IMG/VR virus record: IMGVR_UViG_3300011445_000001
Source of the DNA: an uncultured virus (IMG/VR IMGVR_UViG_3300011445_000001)
Lineage: Duplodnaviria > Heunggongvirae > Uroviricota > Caudoviricetes
DNA: 64,000 nucleotides
Strand: one strand, 5' to 3'
Below are positions 18,899-27,291 of the stretch, piece after piece (the first letter of the stretch is position 1; each line of letters begins with the position of its first letter). Made by a program: the position numbers and the translations under genes. The notes beneath the pieces are model-generated. The model ran no database searches, had not been told where the DNA came from, and saw nothing but the letters and a program-made list of their open reading frames with translations.

Positions 18899-19371
18899 TA
18901 AACCACGAGATTGGTGCGGGCGTCATGGCGCGAGTAACAGGCCTGCGGGCCTTCGTGGATATTACTAAACCCGGCACTAAACAAGAGATCATGCAAATAC
19001 ACCCAGTCAAACATCAACGTTTGTCTGAGGCCGGGCTCGTTCACACCGTAAATACCCTGAATTACGGTTTCGGCCCCAATCCGGCCCGACAAATACTCGC
19101 GCAACAAGGGCTTAGAATCGGGAACCTCAATGTTGAGGGTCCCGCCGGGACGCAACACCCGGAACCACGAGGCCAGCGTCGTTGGCACCAAACTGCGATC
19201 AGGGAGGCACTGCAAAGCGTGGGCGGAATAAATGGCGTCCACGCTTTCGGTCTGGATAAGACGGAGGTAGCAAATATCACAAGCAATCTCCGCCGCATCA
19301 CCCAGCTCGATGTCGACCCCAACAAAGCCGTCTACGCGCTGGTTGCCACACCCAACATTAAGCCTGTACAT
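18880..19371 (-). CDS. class I SAM-dependent methyltransferase (type 11-like)
   Basis: LNVGCG, GVD, WFRVLRPGG.L.IEVPD; paralog of 14209-14709. Confidence 0.82.
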   Translation of the reverse strand: MYRLNVGCGNQRVDGFVGVDIELGDAAEIACDICYLRLIQTESVDAIYSAHALQCLPDRSLVPTTLASWFRVLRPGGTLNIEVPDSKPLLREYLSGRIGAETVIQGIYGVNEPGLRQTLMFDWVYLHDLLFSAGFSNIHEGPQACYSRHDARTNLVVYCQKPA

Positions 19372-20377
19372 GCACCAAAACCCCAGCCTTCATAAGGTAG
19401 CCGTTCAACTCATCGAAGTAGGCCTTCTTGTCAATATAGGGCAAGAAGGACGCGTTGATATTGCGCCTCAAAAATCCAACGGTACGCGCCTCGCCAAGCT
19501 CTCCCATCAACAGACATAACTCGTCGGTCAGAGTTGTATCGAACATCGTCGGGTCGTCCGAATGCACGGTTACGTTAAGGCCCCGGCGCTCCATCTCCAA
19601 GATGGGGTGGTTGGCGAACCGATCTACCAAGCCTACGCGGATGTTGGACATTGGGCAGACCTCAATCGGTATCTGCGTGATAGCCAGAAAGTCCATTAGC
19701 TGCGGGTCCTTCACGGCCGTGATACCGTGCCCAATCCGCTCCACGTTGAGATTGCGCACTACATCCCAGATCACCTGTGTGTCTTTCCATTCACCGGCGT
19801 GGGCCACAACCCGAAGGCCCGAATCGGCCGCCGTTTGGAAGATACCGGCAAATCGCTTCGAATCACCGCGCTCAGACCCACCCAAACCAAGGCCAATGAT
19901 GTACTCGCTTTTCTTGCGGATCGTGGCCTTCAGTGCATCTAGAGCCACCCCAACATCCCGGTCGCGGGACACGTCGGGGATGCAGCGCAGCTTGATATTG
20001 TACTTGATCTCGGCCTGTCGACACGCCCGGGCAATCACAGATAGGGCCTCTTCCGGGTTTACCTCGTGCAGGATGTGCAGCGCCAACGACACAAAGAACT
20101 CACAGTAGCGAATGTTCTCATCGGCTCGAGATTTAGCGAAGCGGTCCACCAGCAGATAAAAATCCTCGGGCTTCCGGATGGCGGTGGTGCAGGTATGGTA
20201 AACCTCAAGGAAATGAACGAGGTTCTTGTACTGAAAATACCGCTCCCCCTCCGCAACGGTAGTGAACGGAAGGTTAACGCCGTTCTCGCGCGCAAGCTGA
20301 AGGTAGGTCTCGGGGGTAGTGGCGCCCTCGAGATGGCAATGCAGCTCAACCTTAGGAGCTTCGCTAAGCCAGCTCAT
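19358..20377 (-). CDS. add: adenosine/adenine deaminase family
   Basis: PKVELHCHLEG, AHAGE, ERIGHG, EVCPMSN, SDDP; all metal and catalytic motifs present. Confidence 0.92.
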   Translation of the reverse strand: MSWLSEAPKVELHCHLEGATTPETYLQLARENGVNLPFTTVAEGERYFQYKNLVHFLEVYHTCTTAIRKPEDFYLLVDRFAKSRADENIRYCEFFVSLALHILHEVNPEEALSVIARACRQAEIKYNIKLRCIPDVSRDRDVGVALDALKATIRKKSEYIIGLGLGGSERGDSKRFAGIFQTAADSGLRVVAHAGEWKDTQVIWDVVRNLNVERIGHGITAVKDPQLMDFLAITQIPIEVCPMSNIRVGLVDRFANHPILEMERRGLNVTVHSDDPTMFDTTLTDELCLLMGELGEARTVGFLRRNINASFLPYIDKKAYFDELNGYLMKAGVLVHVQA

Positions 20378-21300
20378 GAGTGTGCTTCCATCAAGGCCCA
20401 GTACTGGTCGATGCGCGTGCGCAAGGTGTGGTTGGCCTCAATTTCCCGCTGACCATTTAGCGCCACCAGTTCCCGTTCGACTTCGTGCTTCAAGTACTCT
20501 CGAATCTTGAAGACCATATCGCCATAACTGCCGTAGGTAATTAAATGCCGATCGGGCATGAAGAGACGTTCGATCTTCGGAATCCCGAAGGTCAAGTACA
20601 TAGCCCCGCACCCCATGGCCTTGTAAATTCGGTCGGACGTCGTAAAGTCGCCATATTCAAAGTTGCCCCGCTTGATGTCAATGGCAATCTTGCTTTGGCG
20701 GTAAAGATTGGCCATCTCGGTGCCGAATGCCGGAGTCATAGTGCCATCCGCAAGGCGATTAGACCCACGAATACAGCACTTAAACCCCTCCCTTCGCAGG
20801 AGGCGCAACCAAGTCTGTCGCGTATCGTCATGATCCGAATCGCCAAAGAAGGCCACGTCGAAGATCTCGTGATCGGGACTTAGTCGGGAGATTGTAGGGG
20901 CGTAATAATCACTGTCATAGTACTGCGGCACCCACTCCAAGCACCGCGCCAGACCCTTGTACCGATTCACCACATCTAGGGTGGAGTTAACTACGACGTG
21001 CGGGACCCCAACCGTTTCGCGCCAAATGGAGTCACGCGTGGCATCTACGGCGTCGGCGTCCCAAACCATAAGCTTGTAGGTGGAAGCAAGGCGTCTCAAC
21101 ACAGGAAGACCGAGACTGCGGATGCCGGTCACAAACACCCAGTCCGGCTTGTTGGCCTCTACCGTATTCCAGAGGCGGTGATCAGGCAGTCCGGCGTAAC
21201 TAACAAACCCGACGTGCTTCTGGCGAGCAAGCGCCGCGTGGTAAATCAAGAGCCCATTCTGCCAAGGCGTCGACCCATTTCCGAGGATTACCACCTTCAT
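20374..21300 (-). CDS. CgeB/Glyco_trans_1_2-like glycosyltransferase
   Basis: FDVAFFG, YRQSKIAI, SDRIYKAMGCG, NHTLRTR. Confidence 0.78.
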   Translation of the reverse strand: MKVVILGNGSTPWQNGLLIYHAALARQKHVGFVSYAGLPDHRLWNTVEANKPDWVFVTGIRSLGLPVLRRLASTYKLMVWDADAVDATRDSIWRETVGVPHVVVNSTLDVVNRYKGLARCLEWVPQYYDSDYYAPTISRLSPDHEIFDVAFFGDSDHDDTRQTWLRLLRREGFKCCIRGSNRLADGTMTPAFGTEMANLYRQSKIAIDIKRGNFEYGDFTTSDRIYKAMGCGAMYLTFGIPKIERLFMPDRHLITYGSYGDMVFKIREYLKHEVERELVALNGQREIEANHTLRTRIDQYWALMEAHS

Positions 21301-22340
21301 GCGGCCACTGCCTCAAAAATGTCTTTCATGATGGGGCCAAGGGTCGTCCACGAGTGACATCGCTCAATGTGCGCGCGGGCGCGGGACGAGCGTTCGGGAA
21401 GGTTATTACAGGCCTTGGCGGCAAGCATCTTCATCATCAAGCTTCCGGTGTTTGGCTGGTAGACCAATCCGTTTTGAACTCGGCCGATAGGGCCGCTGGC
21501 GGGAGCCTCCACGAGCCAATCGACGTCGGGAATAACCTCGTTCAGTGGCGGTATGTTGGAACCGATAACGGGAATGCCACACGACATCGCCTCACGGAAG
21601 GGAAGACCAAGCCCCTCGCGCCGAGATGGAGACAGGTAAACGTCGCCCTCTTTATAGAGGTCAACGGCCTGAGGAAAGTTACCAAGGCGAAAGTCTACAT
21701 TGCGCAGCAGGCCCGGGTCTACTGGGATTTGCGAGTGCACAATCAAACGGCACCCAGACTGATCAATTCGGCGCCAAGCCTGAAACACAAAATCCCACCC
21801 CTTGCGCATGCCATCGCCGCCGTGGCCTATGTTGTGCAGGAAAGTTAGAGGGCGGTCGACCCCGCGCGGGGTGAAAGCGAAGTACTCAGTGTCAATCGGC
21901 CACGGCAAGTAGACCGACGGCAATCCCTCTTGTGTCAGGGTATTGTGGCAGTACTGCGACGGGGAAACGAACAAATCAATTAAGCCGATGTACCCCGACT
22001 TGCGAATCCACGGCGTACCAACGCTGTCGATCATCGGAAACCACACAATCTTGATGCCAGCGGCCTTTAGCTGCGGAAGGAAGTGCCAGTTGTACGGGTA
22101 CTCGAATATGACCGCGATATCCGGCTTAGAAGCAAGGAATCTACGAAAGTTGGCGTCGAGCGAGGCGTCCCACTGGTCGGCGACGATATAATCACCCCGC
22201 ACAAACTCGAGATCGGTGCCCTTCTCGTGATGTGGGATCACAAAGTGCATGTAGACGTCGACATTTCGGTGAAACTGCTTCGCCATCTGTCCGAGGCCGG
22301 AGTTGTTGATGGTGGCGATCAGGCCGATCTTAGGGCTCAT
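21297..22340 (-). CDS. GT4 glycosyltransferase
   Basis: RKG, PSRREGLGLPFREAMSCGIPVI. Confidence 0.85.
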   Translation of the reverse strand: MSPKIGLIATINNSGLGQMAKQFHRNVDVYMHFVIPHHEKGTDLEFVRGDYIVADQWDASLDANFRRFLASKPDIAVIFEYPYNWHFLPQLKAAGIKIVWFPMIDSVGTPWIRKSGYIGLIDLFVSPSQYCHNTLTQEGLPSVYLPWPIDTEYFAFTPRGVDRPLTFLHNIGHGGDGMRKGWDFVFQAWRRIDQSGCRLIVHSQIPVDPGLLRNVDFRLGNFPQAVDLYKEGDVYLSPSRREGLGLPFREAMSCGIPVIGSNIPPLNEVIPDVDWLVEAPASGPIGRVQNGLVYQPNTGSLMMKMLAAKACNNLPERSSRARAHIERCHSWTTLGPIMKDIFEAVAA

Positions 22341-22447
22341 GGGTCTGAGCAGTCCCGTTTAAATCCGCAGTTGTCGCAGACGAGCTTGCACGCCCGAGTC
22401 GACATGGGAGATCCGCAAAGATCGCACGTTGGTGTTTCGTCTGCCAT
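22337..22447 (-). CDS. small Zn-ribbon protein
   Basis: MADETPTCDLCG...CKLVCDNCGFKRDCSDP. Confidence 0.6.
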   Translation of the reverse strand: MADETPTCDLCGSPMSTRACKLVCDNCGFKRDCSDP

Positions 22448-22451
22448 AAGC

Positions 22452-23222
22452 CTAGACGCCCACCCTCGGCTTAATCTCTTGGACGTTCTTGGTATCGCGG
22501 CCCCATCCACCACACTCAGTACAGGAGAACGCATGGTACTTGGTCGTTTTGTTCCTGTACCAGCCCTCCCACTTCAGCACGCCCGGACCACCGGCCCCAC
22601 ACTTAGGGCAAGTGTCGCCGGGGCGGTCCATCGCCATGTTCGGGTGGCTGACCATCCATGGACGGATCTTGAGGTACAACTGCTCGAGAATCGTGACGTC
22701 CCTCTTGTTATATCGAAGCATCTCACGCCACGCCGATGGGTCTCCCTTCATGCAGCGCGTCCAGCACGAGAAACCGCCGTGACCCATCTTTCTTGGAATG
22801 CCGAAGTAGGAGCACAGATCGTCGAGGCTGTGGCTGGGCAACCTGACGTACTTCTTGGCTTCGATCTTCGTGTCAATCACCCTGTATGGTGAAGGTGGGG
22901 TTAGGCCATGCGCAATAAACCGGGCGTTAACGACCTTGACGTCGAAATCCCGGCCGTTGTGGGCAACGACGGCGTCGGCTTGATTGAAGAACGACCGAAT
23001 GTCGGCCACAATCGCCTTGTCGTTCATCGCCCCGGCTTTGTATCCCTTGTAGTTTGGCCAGCCCCTCGTGATGTGGGAGCCACCAAGCCACTTAGCGGAA
23101 AAGCTTAAGATCCGGGTGTGAGCCAGCACCTCAATAAGGTTGGTTTGCCATTTGGGCCCCCACGTGTAAGCCACCAATGGCGTGGTCTCAATATCGAAGA
23201 ACAGAATCTTGGGTTGGCTCAT
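22452..23222 (-). CDS. RNase H-like (DnaQ/YprB-type) 3'-5' exonuclease with C-terminal Zn ribbon
   Basis: FFDIET, AHNGRDFD, YNKRDV, CPKC...CTEC. Confidence 0.85.
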   Translation of the reverse strand: MSQPKILFFDIETTPLVAYTWGPKWQTNLIEVLAHTRILSFSAKWLGGSHITRGWPNYKGYKAGAMNDKAIVADIRSFFNQADAVVAHNGRDFDVKVVNARFIAHGLTPPSPYRVIDTKIEAKKYVRLPSHSLDDLCSYFGIPRKMGHGGFSCWTRCMKGDPSAWREMLRYNKRDVTILEQLYLKIRPWMVSHPNMAMDRPGDTCPKCGAGGPGVLKWEGWYRNKTTKYHAFSCTECGGWGRDTKNVQEIKPRVGV

Positions 23223-23238
23223 CGTGCCTACTTTTACA

Positions 23239-23499
23239 CTATTGGGGTTGGGTGGGTAGGGGGCCCAAAACTCTCTGTTTCCACTCGGGCCACGACTTAA
23301 CCATCTTAGAGCAGTATTCTAGATGGTGTTGGAAGTGAAGAGCATCTCGCTCTTCCCAAGACCCGTCGGTCATAAGAGGCGCCAGTCTGTGTGCTAGAGT
23401 CACGGCCTCGTCTTCGGCCAAGTAAACCTGTCCATCCCAAGAATGACGAAAGGACCGCAACCACGCAATTAGTTCAGAAAAGTTCTTGTCGTTCAACAT
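23239..23499 (-). CDS. hypothetical protein
   Basis: Packed ORF. Confidence 0.45.
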   Translation of the reverse strand: MLNDKNFSELIAWLRSFRHSWDGQVYLAEDEAVTLAHRLAPLMTDGSWEERDALHFQHHLEYCSKMVKSWPEWKQRVLGPLPTQPQ

Positions 23500-23732
23500 T
23501 ACTCAGGTCGTCCCCTCTGAATCCACTCATACAGCAGCTGTTCCATCTGATCTGCACCAAATTTCCGGTAAAACTCAGAGACATTGCCCAGCTCGGCCAT
23601 CCCGGAGGTGCTGGCATCCGCGTTGGCTTGCTGCATCAGGTGCCAGTTCACCATACGGCGTATGTCCTTGTGGACGTGCACAACATAGTTAACTTTCAGG
23701 CGCATGGGGTCACTCGTACAACGACGGATCAA
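23499..23732 (-). CDS. hypothetical protein
   Basis: Packed ORF. Confidence 0.4.
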   Translation of the reverse strand: MIRRCTSDPMRLKVNYVVHVHKDIRRMVNWHLMQQANADASTSGMAELGNVSEFYRKFGADQMEQLLYEWIQRGRPE

Positions 23733-23895
23733 ATTGAGACTTCGGTCCGGTAGAGGAATGGTGCTGCATTTTCCGCTCCGTCACCATAGTGGTGGTAACG
23801 TCTCGGATGAATCCAGAAGACTTGATCTCCTCGAGCAGGGGTCGGAGCTTTTCAACCACCCGATCGGCAATCTTGTCGATATCAGAGTCGTCCAT
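23710..23895 (-). CDS. hypothetical protein
   Basis: MDDSDIDKIAD..., GGAG upstream. Confidence 0.45.
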   Translation of the reverse strand: MDDSDIDKIADRVVEKLRPLLEEIKSSGFIRDVTTTMVTERKMQHHSSTGPKSQFDPSLYE

Positions 23896-23896
23896 G

Positions 23897-24490
23897 CTAC
23901 TCGGGGTCTCCTCCACTGATGGTGATGGGCGGCGGATTTTCAATGTTGCGAAGGATGGTGATCAAGCTGTGGGCCGCCTTATGATCACGCTCGAACACCT
24001 CACTAATGTCCTTGTAGTAGTTAAGCTTAAACTCCCGGACGGACGATACACCCATGTGCTTCAATCGAGCAACAGCAAGGCCAGAACCGTGCAAGCCTTC
24101 GGGGTCGTTGTCAGGCACAAGAACTACCCGTTCGTAGAATCTCGAGACCACACGAAGCTGGGCACCAAGCAACGTGTTGTTGATGTAGGCGGCAGCATGA
24201 AGCCCGGCCGTAAGTAGCCAGCCGACGTCAAACACGCCTTCAACAAGGAAGAGAACACGGTCGGACTCAACTCCGCGCCAGAGAAAGTAGCCATGCGATG
24301 ATTTCTGGATCTTGATGTTGTAGGATTTGTGGGTTATGCTGCGACCAATCACCCCAACCACGCGGTCGGTATAATCGCGCAAAGGGAAGTAGACTACATC
24401 GCCCTCAGAGTAGACGCCAAGGTGCTCGTAATCGGCAGGGGACCAGCCTCGACGCTCGATGTAATCTTTGGCGGCCTTGCTTAGGCTCAT
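23897..24490 (-). CDS. DnaG-type primase catalytic/TOPRIM core lacking zinc-binding domain
   Basis: YIERRG, YFPLRD...VVGVIGR, LVEGVFD, VPDNDPEG, KDISE. Confidence 0.8.
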   Translation of the reverse strand: MSLSKAAKDYIERRGWSPADYEHLGVYSEGDVVYFPLRDYTDRVVGVIGRSITHKSYNIKIQKSSHGYFLWRGVESDRVLFLVEGVFDVGWLLTAGLHAAAYINNTLLGAQLRVVSRFYERVVLVPDNDPEGLHGSGLAVARLKHMGVSSVREFKLNYYKDISEVFERDHKAAHSLITILRNIENPPPITISGGDPE

Positions 24491-24651
24491 ATCGCTAGCT
24501 TTTTGAACCAACCACGGAGGGTCTTTATGCTAACGCGAAATACGATCGTGATGTCAATGTTGGTCTTACCTTCCGATCGCAATTCGCGGATCAAGGCGCG
24601 GAGGGCGGCGGGATTTGCTTCAATGCGGTTTTCACGACAAACACGCCGCAT
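24487..24651 (-). CDS. small HTH protein
   Basis: EGKTNIDITIVFRVSIKTLRGW helix-turn-helix pattern. Confidence 0.55.
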   Translation of the reverse strand: MRRVCRENRIEANPAALRALIRELRSEGKTNIDITIVFRVSIKTLRGWFKKLAI

Positions 24652-24664
24652 GGCGTCCGTTAGT

Positions 24665-24862
24665 TCAATCAAGGGACCACCCAGCCCAGTTCTTCGCCAT
24701 GTTCGCCGCCACGTCGTTGCATACACGACGGGCGAATCCCTTGCACATAGCACCAGAACAAAGACGAGTTCGACATTCTTGTGGGCGGTTGCGATCAGCA
24801 ATTGCCACCAGATCTTCAAACTCTTTACCACAGGCCGGGCATTTGTAAGTATAGAGCGGCAT
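24665..24862 (-). CDS. FmdB-family zinc ribbon protein
   Basis: MPLYTYKCPACGKEFE. Confidence 0.75.
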   Translation of the reverse strand: MPLYTYKCPACGKEFEDLVAIADRNRPQECRTRLCSGAMCKGFARRVCNDVAANMAKNWAGWSLD

Positions 24863-24863
24863 T

Positions 24864-24882
24864 GTGCGTGTGGTAGCGCGAC
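24864..24882 (-). repeat. 19-bp dispersed repeat, copy 1
   Basis: GTCGCGCTACCACACGCAC (minus strand), identical to 56560-56578. Confidence 0.75.
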
Positions 24883-24885
24883 AAA

Positions 24886-25014
24886 CTAGCCTGTGGTGTA
24901 AAGGCGCCTTGTGGATTCGACCAGAAGCTGGTGCTGAATGAGAACCAGCTGCGCGTGCGAGAGGGTAGGCACCACCGCGAGGAAGTCCGCTACCGCTTTA
25001 TTGGTGTCAGCCAT
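24886..25014 (-). CDS. small hypothetical protein (42 aa, below ORF-track cutoff)
   Basis: MADTNKAVADF...YTTG with AGGAG SD. Confidence 0.5.
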   Translation of the reverse strand: MADTNKAVADFLAVVPTLSHAQLVLIQHQLLVESTRRLYTTG

Positions 25015-25065
25015 TTTTATCTCCTGTGCTATTGCTCTCAAGTGTCTGAGCAGGTTTGTGTGCAT

Positions 25066-25473
25066 CTACTTCTTACCACCAAACTTTTCCATCATCGATG
25101 GTGCAACCTTCTCAACCGACCGCCCGATCACGTAGCCGCCGAGACCAAGCTGAAGGAGCGTCCACGCCTCTGGAGCGAGGCGATTAGACAACCAACCGAA
25201 GGAGTCGCACACAACGAGAACCAAAAACGTAAGCATCGTGACGGGGCGCCAATTGCGCTGCATCCACGACGCGCCGGTGGCCTCGGACTTGATAACCGAG
25301 GTTTGGAGGTCCAGAACCTTGGCCTCATACTCAAGCATCTTAGAGGCAATATCGTTCTGGAGTTTCTGCATCTCATTGACGAGCTTGCCCTTTTCCTCGG
25401 CCGAAGTGTGTATGCTGCCAATAAGCTCCGTAACCGGCTTAATCGCGTCCCCAAGAAATGCAAAGAGCCCCAT
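25066..25473 (-). CDS. 3TM holin (GTA-type)
   Basis: IKSEA...SWMQRNWRP...LGLGGYVIGRSVEK. Confidence 0.8.
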   Translation of the reverse strand: MGLFAFLGDAIKPVTELIGSIHTSAEEKGKLVNEMQKLQNDIASKMLEYEAKVLDLQTSVIKSEATGASWMQRNWRPVTMLTFLVLVVCDSFGWLSNRLAPEAWTLLQLGLGGYVIGRSVEKVAPSMMEKFGGKK

Positions 25474-25492
25474 AGACTACCCCCACTAAAGG

Positions 25493-25509
25493 TGTAGCCA
25501 ATTTTACAC
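25493..25509 (-). promoter_or_regulatory. GTGTA-type late promoter motif
   Basis: GTGTAAAA-TTGGC-TACA upstream of the holin. Confidence 0.6.
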
Positions 25510-26204
25510 TAGGCAATAGGGTCTTTAGGCTTCCAATCGGCGTAGCTGGTCGCCCGGTCGTCTTGCTCGGGGTGGGTGGACTCAAACTCCAGAAGCACGG
25601 CTGCATTCCACATCAGCTGGCCGAGGTGATGACATCTAGGAAGCTCCTCGTCGCGCCTCGACCCGGCGAGCCACTTCAACCAATGGCGCCAGAGAGGGCC
25701 GATTACCTTGGACCACGGCATGCCCTTCTCCCAATTACGGGCCGGGTACTTCTTAACCCCCTCGGTGAACACCAATCCAAGCTCTCGGATAGCGCTCTTC
25801 GGGATGAGGTCAATGCGGAGATCGGGGTTCTCGGTCATAACCTCGGCGATCATAGACAGAAACTCGGGGTGGATGAGGTCGGTGCGCAGCTTACCTTCGG
25901 TATATCGAAGGCCGACCGGCGATGCTTCCTGCTGGGCGTCGGTCACAACCACGACGTCATACGCCCAATCCCGAAAGTTCCGGACCTCGATCCGATACTC
26001 AACCTTGATGGTCTGCTGGTGGCAGAAATAGAGATTCGGCGGAGCATCTGCGGCAGCCAACAGCGCCGACGAGCCATCAGCAAACTGAACGATGAAATGC
26101 TCTGGTGTGGGGGGCGTATCGAACAGCGTGTCGAGGGTAGCGGGGTGCACCAGCACCGCGTGCCTGATGATACCAAATCGCTTTTGAGGGAGGGTTGCGT
26201 CCAT
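25509..26204 (-). CDS. dATP/dGTP diphosphohydrolase (DUF5664) with N-terminal extension
   Basis: GKLRTDLI, GVKKYPARNWEKGMPWS, RH, D.E....HHL...WNA; start uncertain. Confidence 0.8.
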   Translation of the reverse strand: MDATLPQKRFGIIRHAVLVHPATLDTLFDTPPTPEHFIVQFADGSSALLAAADAPPNLYFCHQQTIKVEYRIEVRNFRDWAYDVVVVTDAQQEASPVGLRYTEGKLRTDLIHPEFLSMIAEVMTENPDLRIDLIPKSAIRELGLVFTEGVKKYPARNWEKGMPWSKVIGPLWRHWLKWLAGSRRDEELPRCHHLGQLMWNAAVLLEFESTHPEQDDRATSYADWKPKDPIA

Positions 26205-26217
26205 AGGTCCTTGTACC

Positions 26218-26484
26218 CTAACGGGCGCCGGATGGAAAGGGAGGGCAGACCGATCCGTGGTCCTGCGCCTCCGCGTGTTCACGGAGGGCCTTGCGGGCGC
26301 AGTCGATGCCAAACTCGAACCACCCCTGTGAGAACCCGGGCGGGATGTTCTCTGCGTCCGTGAACGTCCCGGTTCGTTGGTCTAGCTCGAGCGACGCGAC
26401 CCGCTGACCGGTTAGGTCAACCCCACATCTCTCACAGGCGGAGTGGGCGTGGGCCGCCGGGCCGATGAATTTGGGCTTGGTCAT
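26218..26484 (-). CDS. hypothetical Zn-binding protein
   Basis: CERC...SQGWFEFGIDCA. Confidence 0.55.
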   Translation of the reverse strand: MTKPKFIGPAAHAHSACERCGVDLTGQRVASLELDQRTGTFTDAENIPPGFSQGWFEFGIDCARKALREHAEAQDHGSVCPPFPSGAR

Positions 26485-27023
26485 GTGGCCACCGACCTAT
26501 GGGTTCTGAGAGCCAGTGAAAGCTGCTTACAGTCCTTAACCAACTGAGCGTGCGAGTACCGGGCGTCTAGCTCAGCCCAGATCTGCCGAGCCAACTCGGG
26601 CGTAAGACCGAATTGCTCCATCTTCGCAAGGCATGTCTCGGCATAGTTGTCCACTTGACCATTCCGGCGCCAGGCAACCTGAAGATTCTCAAAATCCTCT
26701 GGCGAATCTGGCAGGCACCAGTGGTCGTGCTCAAGCAGGCCAAGGAACTTGGGGTCGTGCAGCACCAAAGCGACCTTGAAGCGGACGCGTTTGCCGACGA
26801 TCGACAGTAACTCTCTATCGGCCATGTTGTAGCTGCGGCTGTGTCCCATCCGTTCGGTGCCCACGGCCTCACCCACAAGGATCTGGTCGCTCTTCAACAT
26901 CCACTGCTTCCAGTGGTTGTGAGGCACCGTGTTTTCCCACTTACCATCAGAAAGCTGGCCTTCCATCTCGTAGAGGAAGATCACCTTCTGGGCCAGATTC
27001 GATACGGTTAAGGTGGCGTTCAT
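26481..27023 (-). CDS. hypothetical protein
   Basis: MNATLTV...EGQLSDGKWEN; GGAGG SD. Confidence 0.6.
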   Translation of the reverse strand: MNATLTVSNLAQKVIFLYEMEGQLSDGKWENTVPHNHWKQWMLKSDQILVGEAVGTERMGHSRSYNMADRELLSIVGKRVRFKVALVLHDPKFLGLLEHDHWCLPDSPEDFENLQVAWRRNGQVDNYAETCLAKMEQFGLTPELARQIWAELDARYSHAQLVKDCKQLSLALRTHRSVAT

Positions 27024-27024
27024 G

Positions 27025-27246
27025 TTAGTTCCCCTCCATTTGGTAGTCGTTAGTGCTGAAGATGCGGTACTCGTTCTGGTCGAGGTAGTCCTCGGGGCCG
27101 GTGAACACCTGTTGAAGGTCCGGCGACAGATCCCGGAGGTCCTCAACAAAGGCCTTAATCTCTGACTCCTGCGTGTTGATGCGGACGCCCATCTTCGCGT
27201 CGCCCTGCAGGTTGTACTCGATCACCCAAAAGATCTCGTTGCTCAT
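27025..27246 (-). CDS. hypothetical protein
   Basis: MSNEIFW..., GAGGAG SD, first gene after a sigma54-type motif. Confidence 0.6.
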   Translation of the reverse strand: MSNEIFWVIEYNLQGDAKMGVRINTQESEIKAFVEDLRDLSPDLQQVFTGPEDYLDQNEYRIFSTNDYQMEGN

Positions 27247-27275
27247 CGTAGTATCTCCTCTTGCCGTAAAAGACC

Positions 27276-27291
27276 GCAAAATCAGTGCCAA
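27276..27291 (-). promoter_or_regulatory. sigma54-type -24/-12 promoter
   Basis: TTGGCAC-TGATT-TTGC-GGTCTTTTA. Confidence 0.8.

Noticed and set aside
14209..22340. Host LPS/capsule locus (window being bacterial chromosome or a chimera)
   Set aside because: Same strand, tight packing with phage genes on both sides, no wzx/wzy/ABC export genes, no integrase or att site seen
24896..24903. Plus-strand GTGTAAAG as a late promoter
   Set aside because: Lies inside a small minus-strand ORF, lacks the downstream TA element, and has no plus-strand gene to drive
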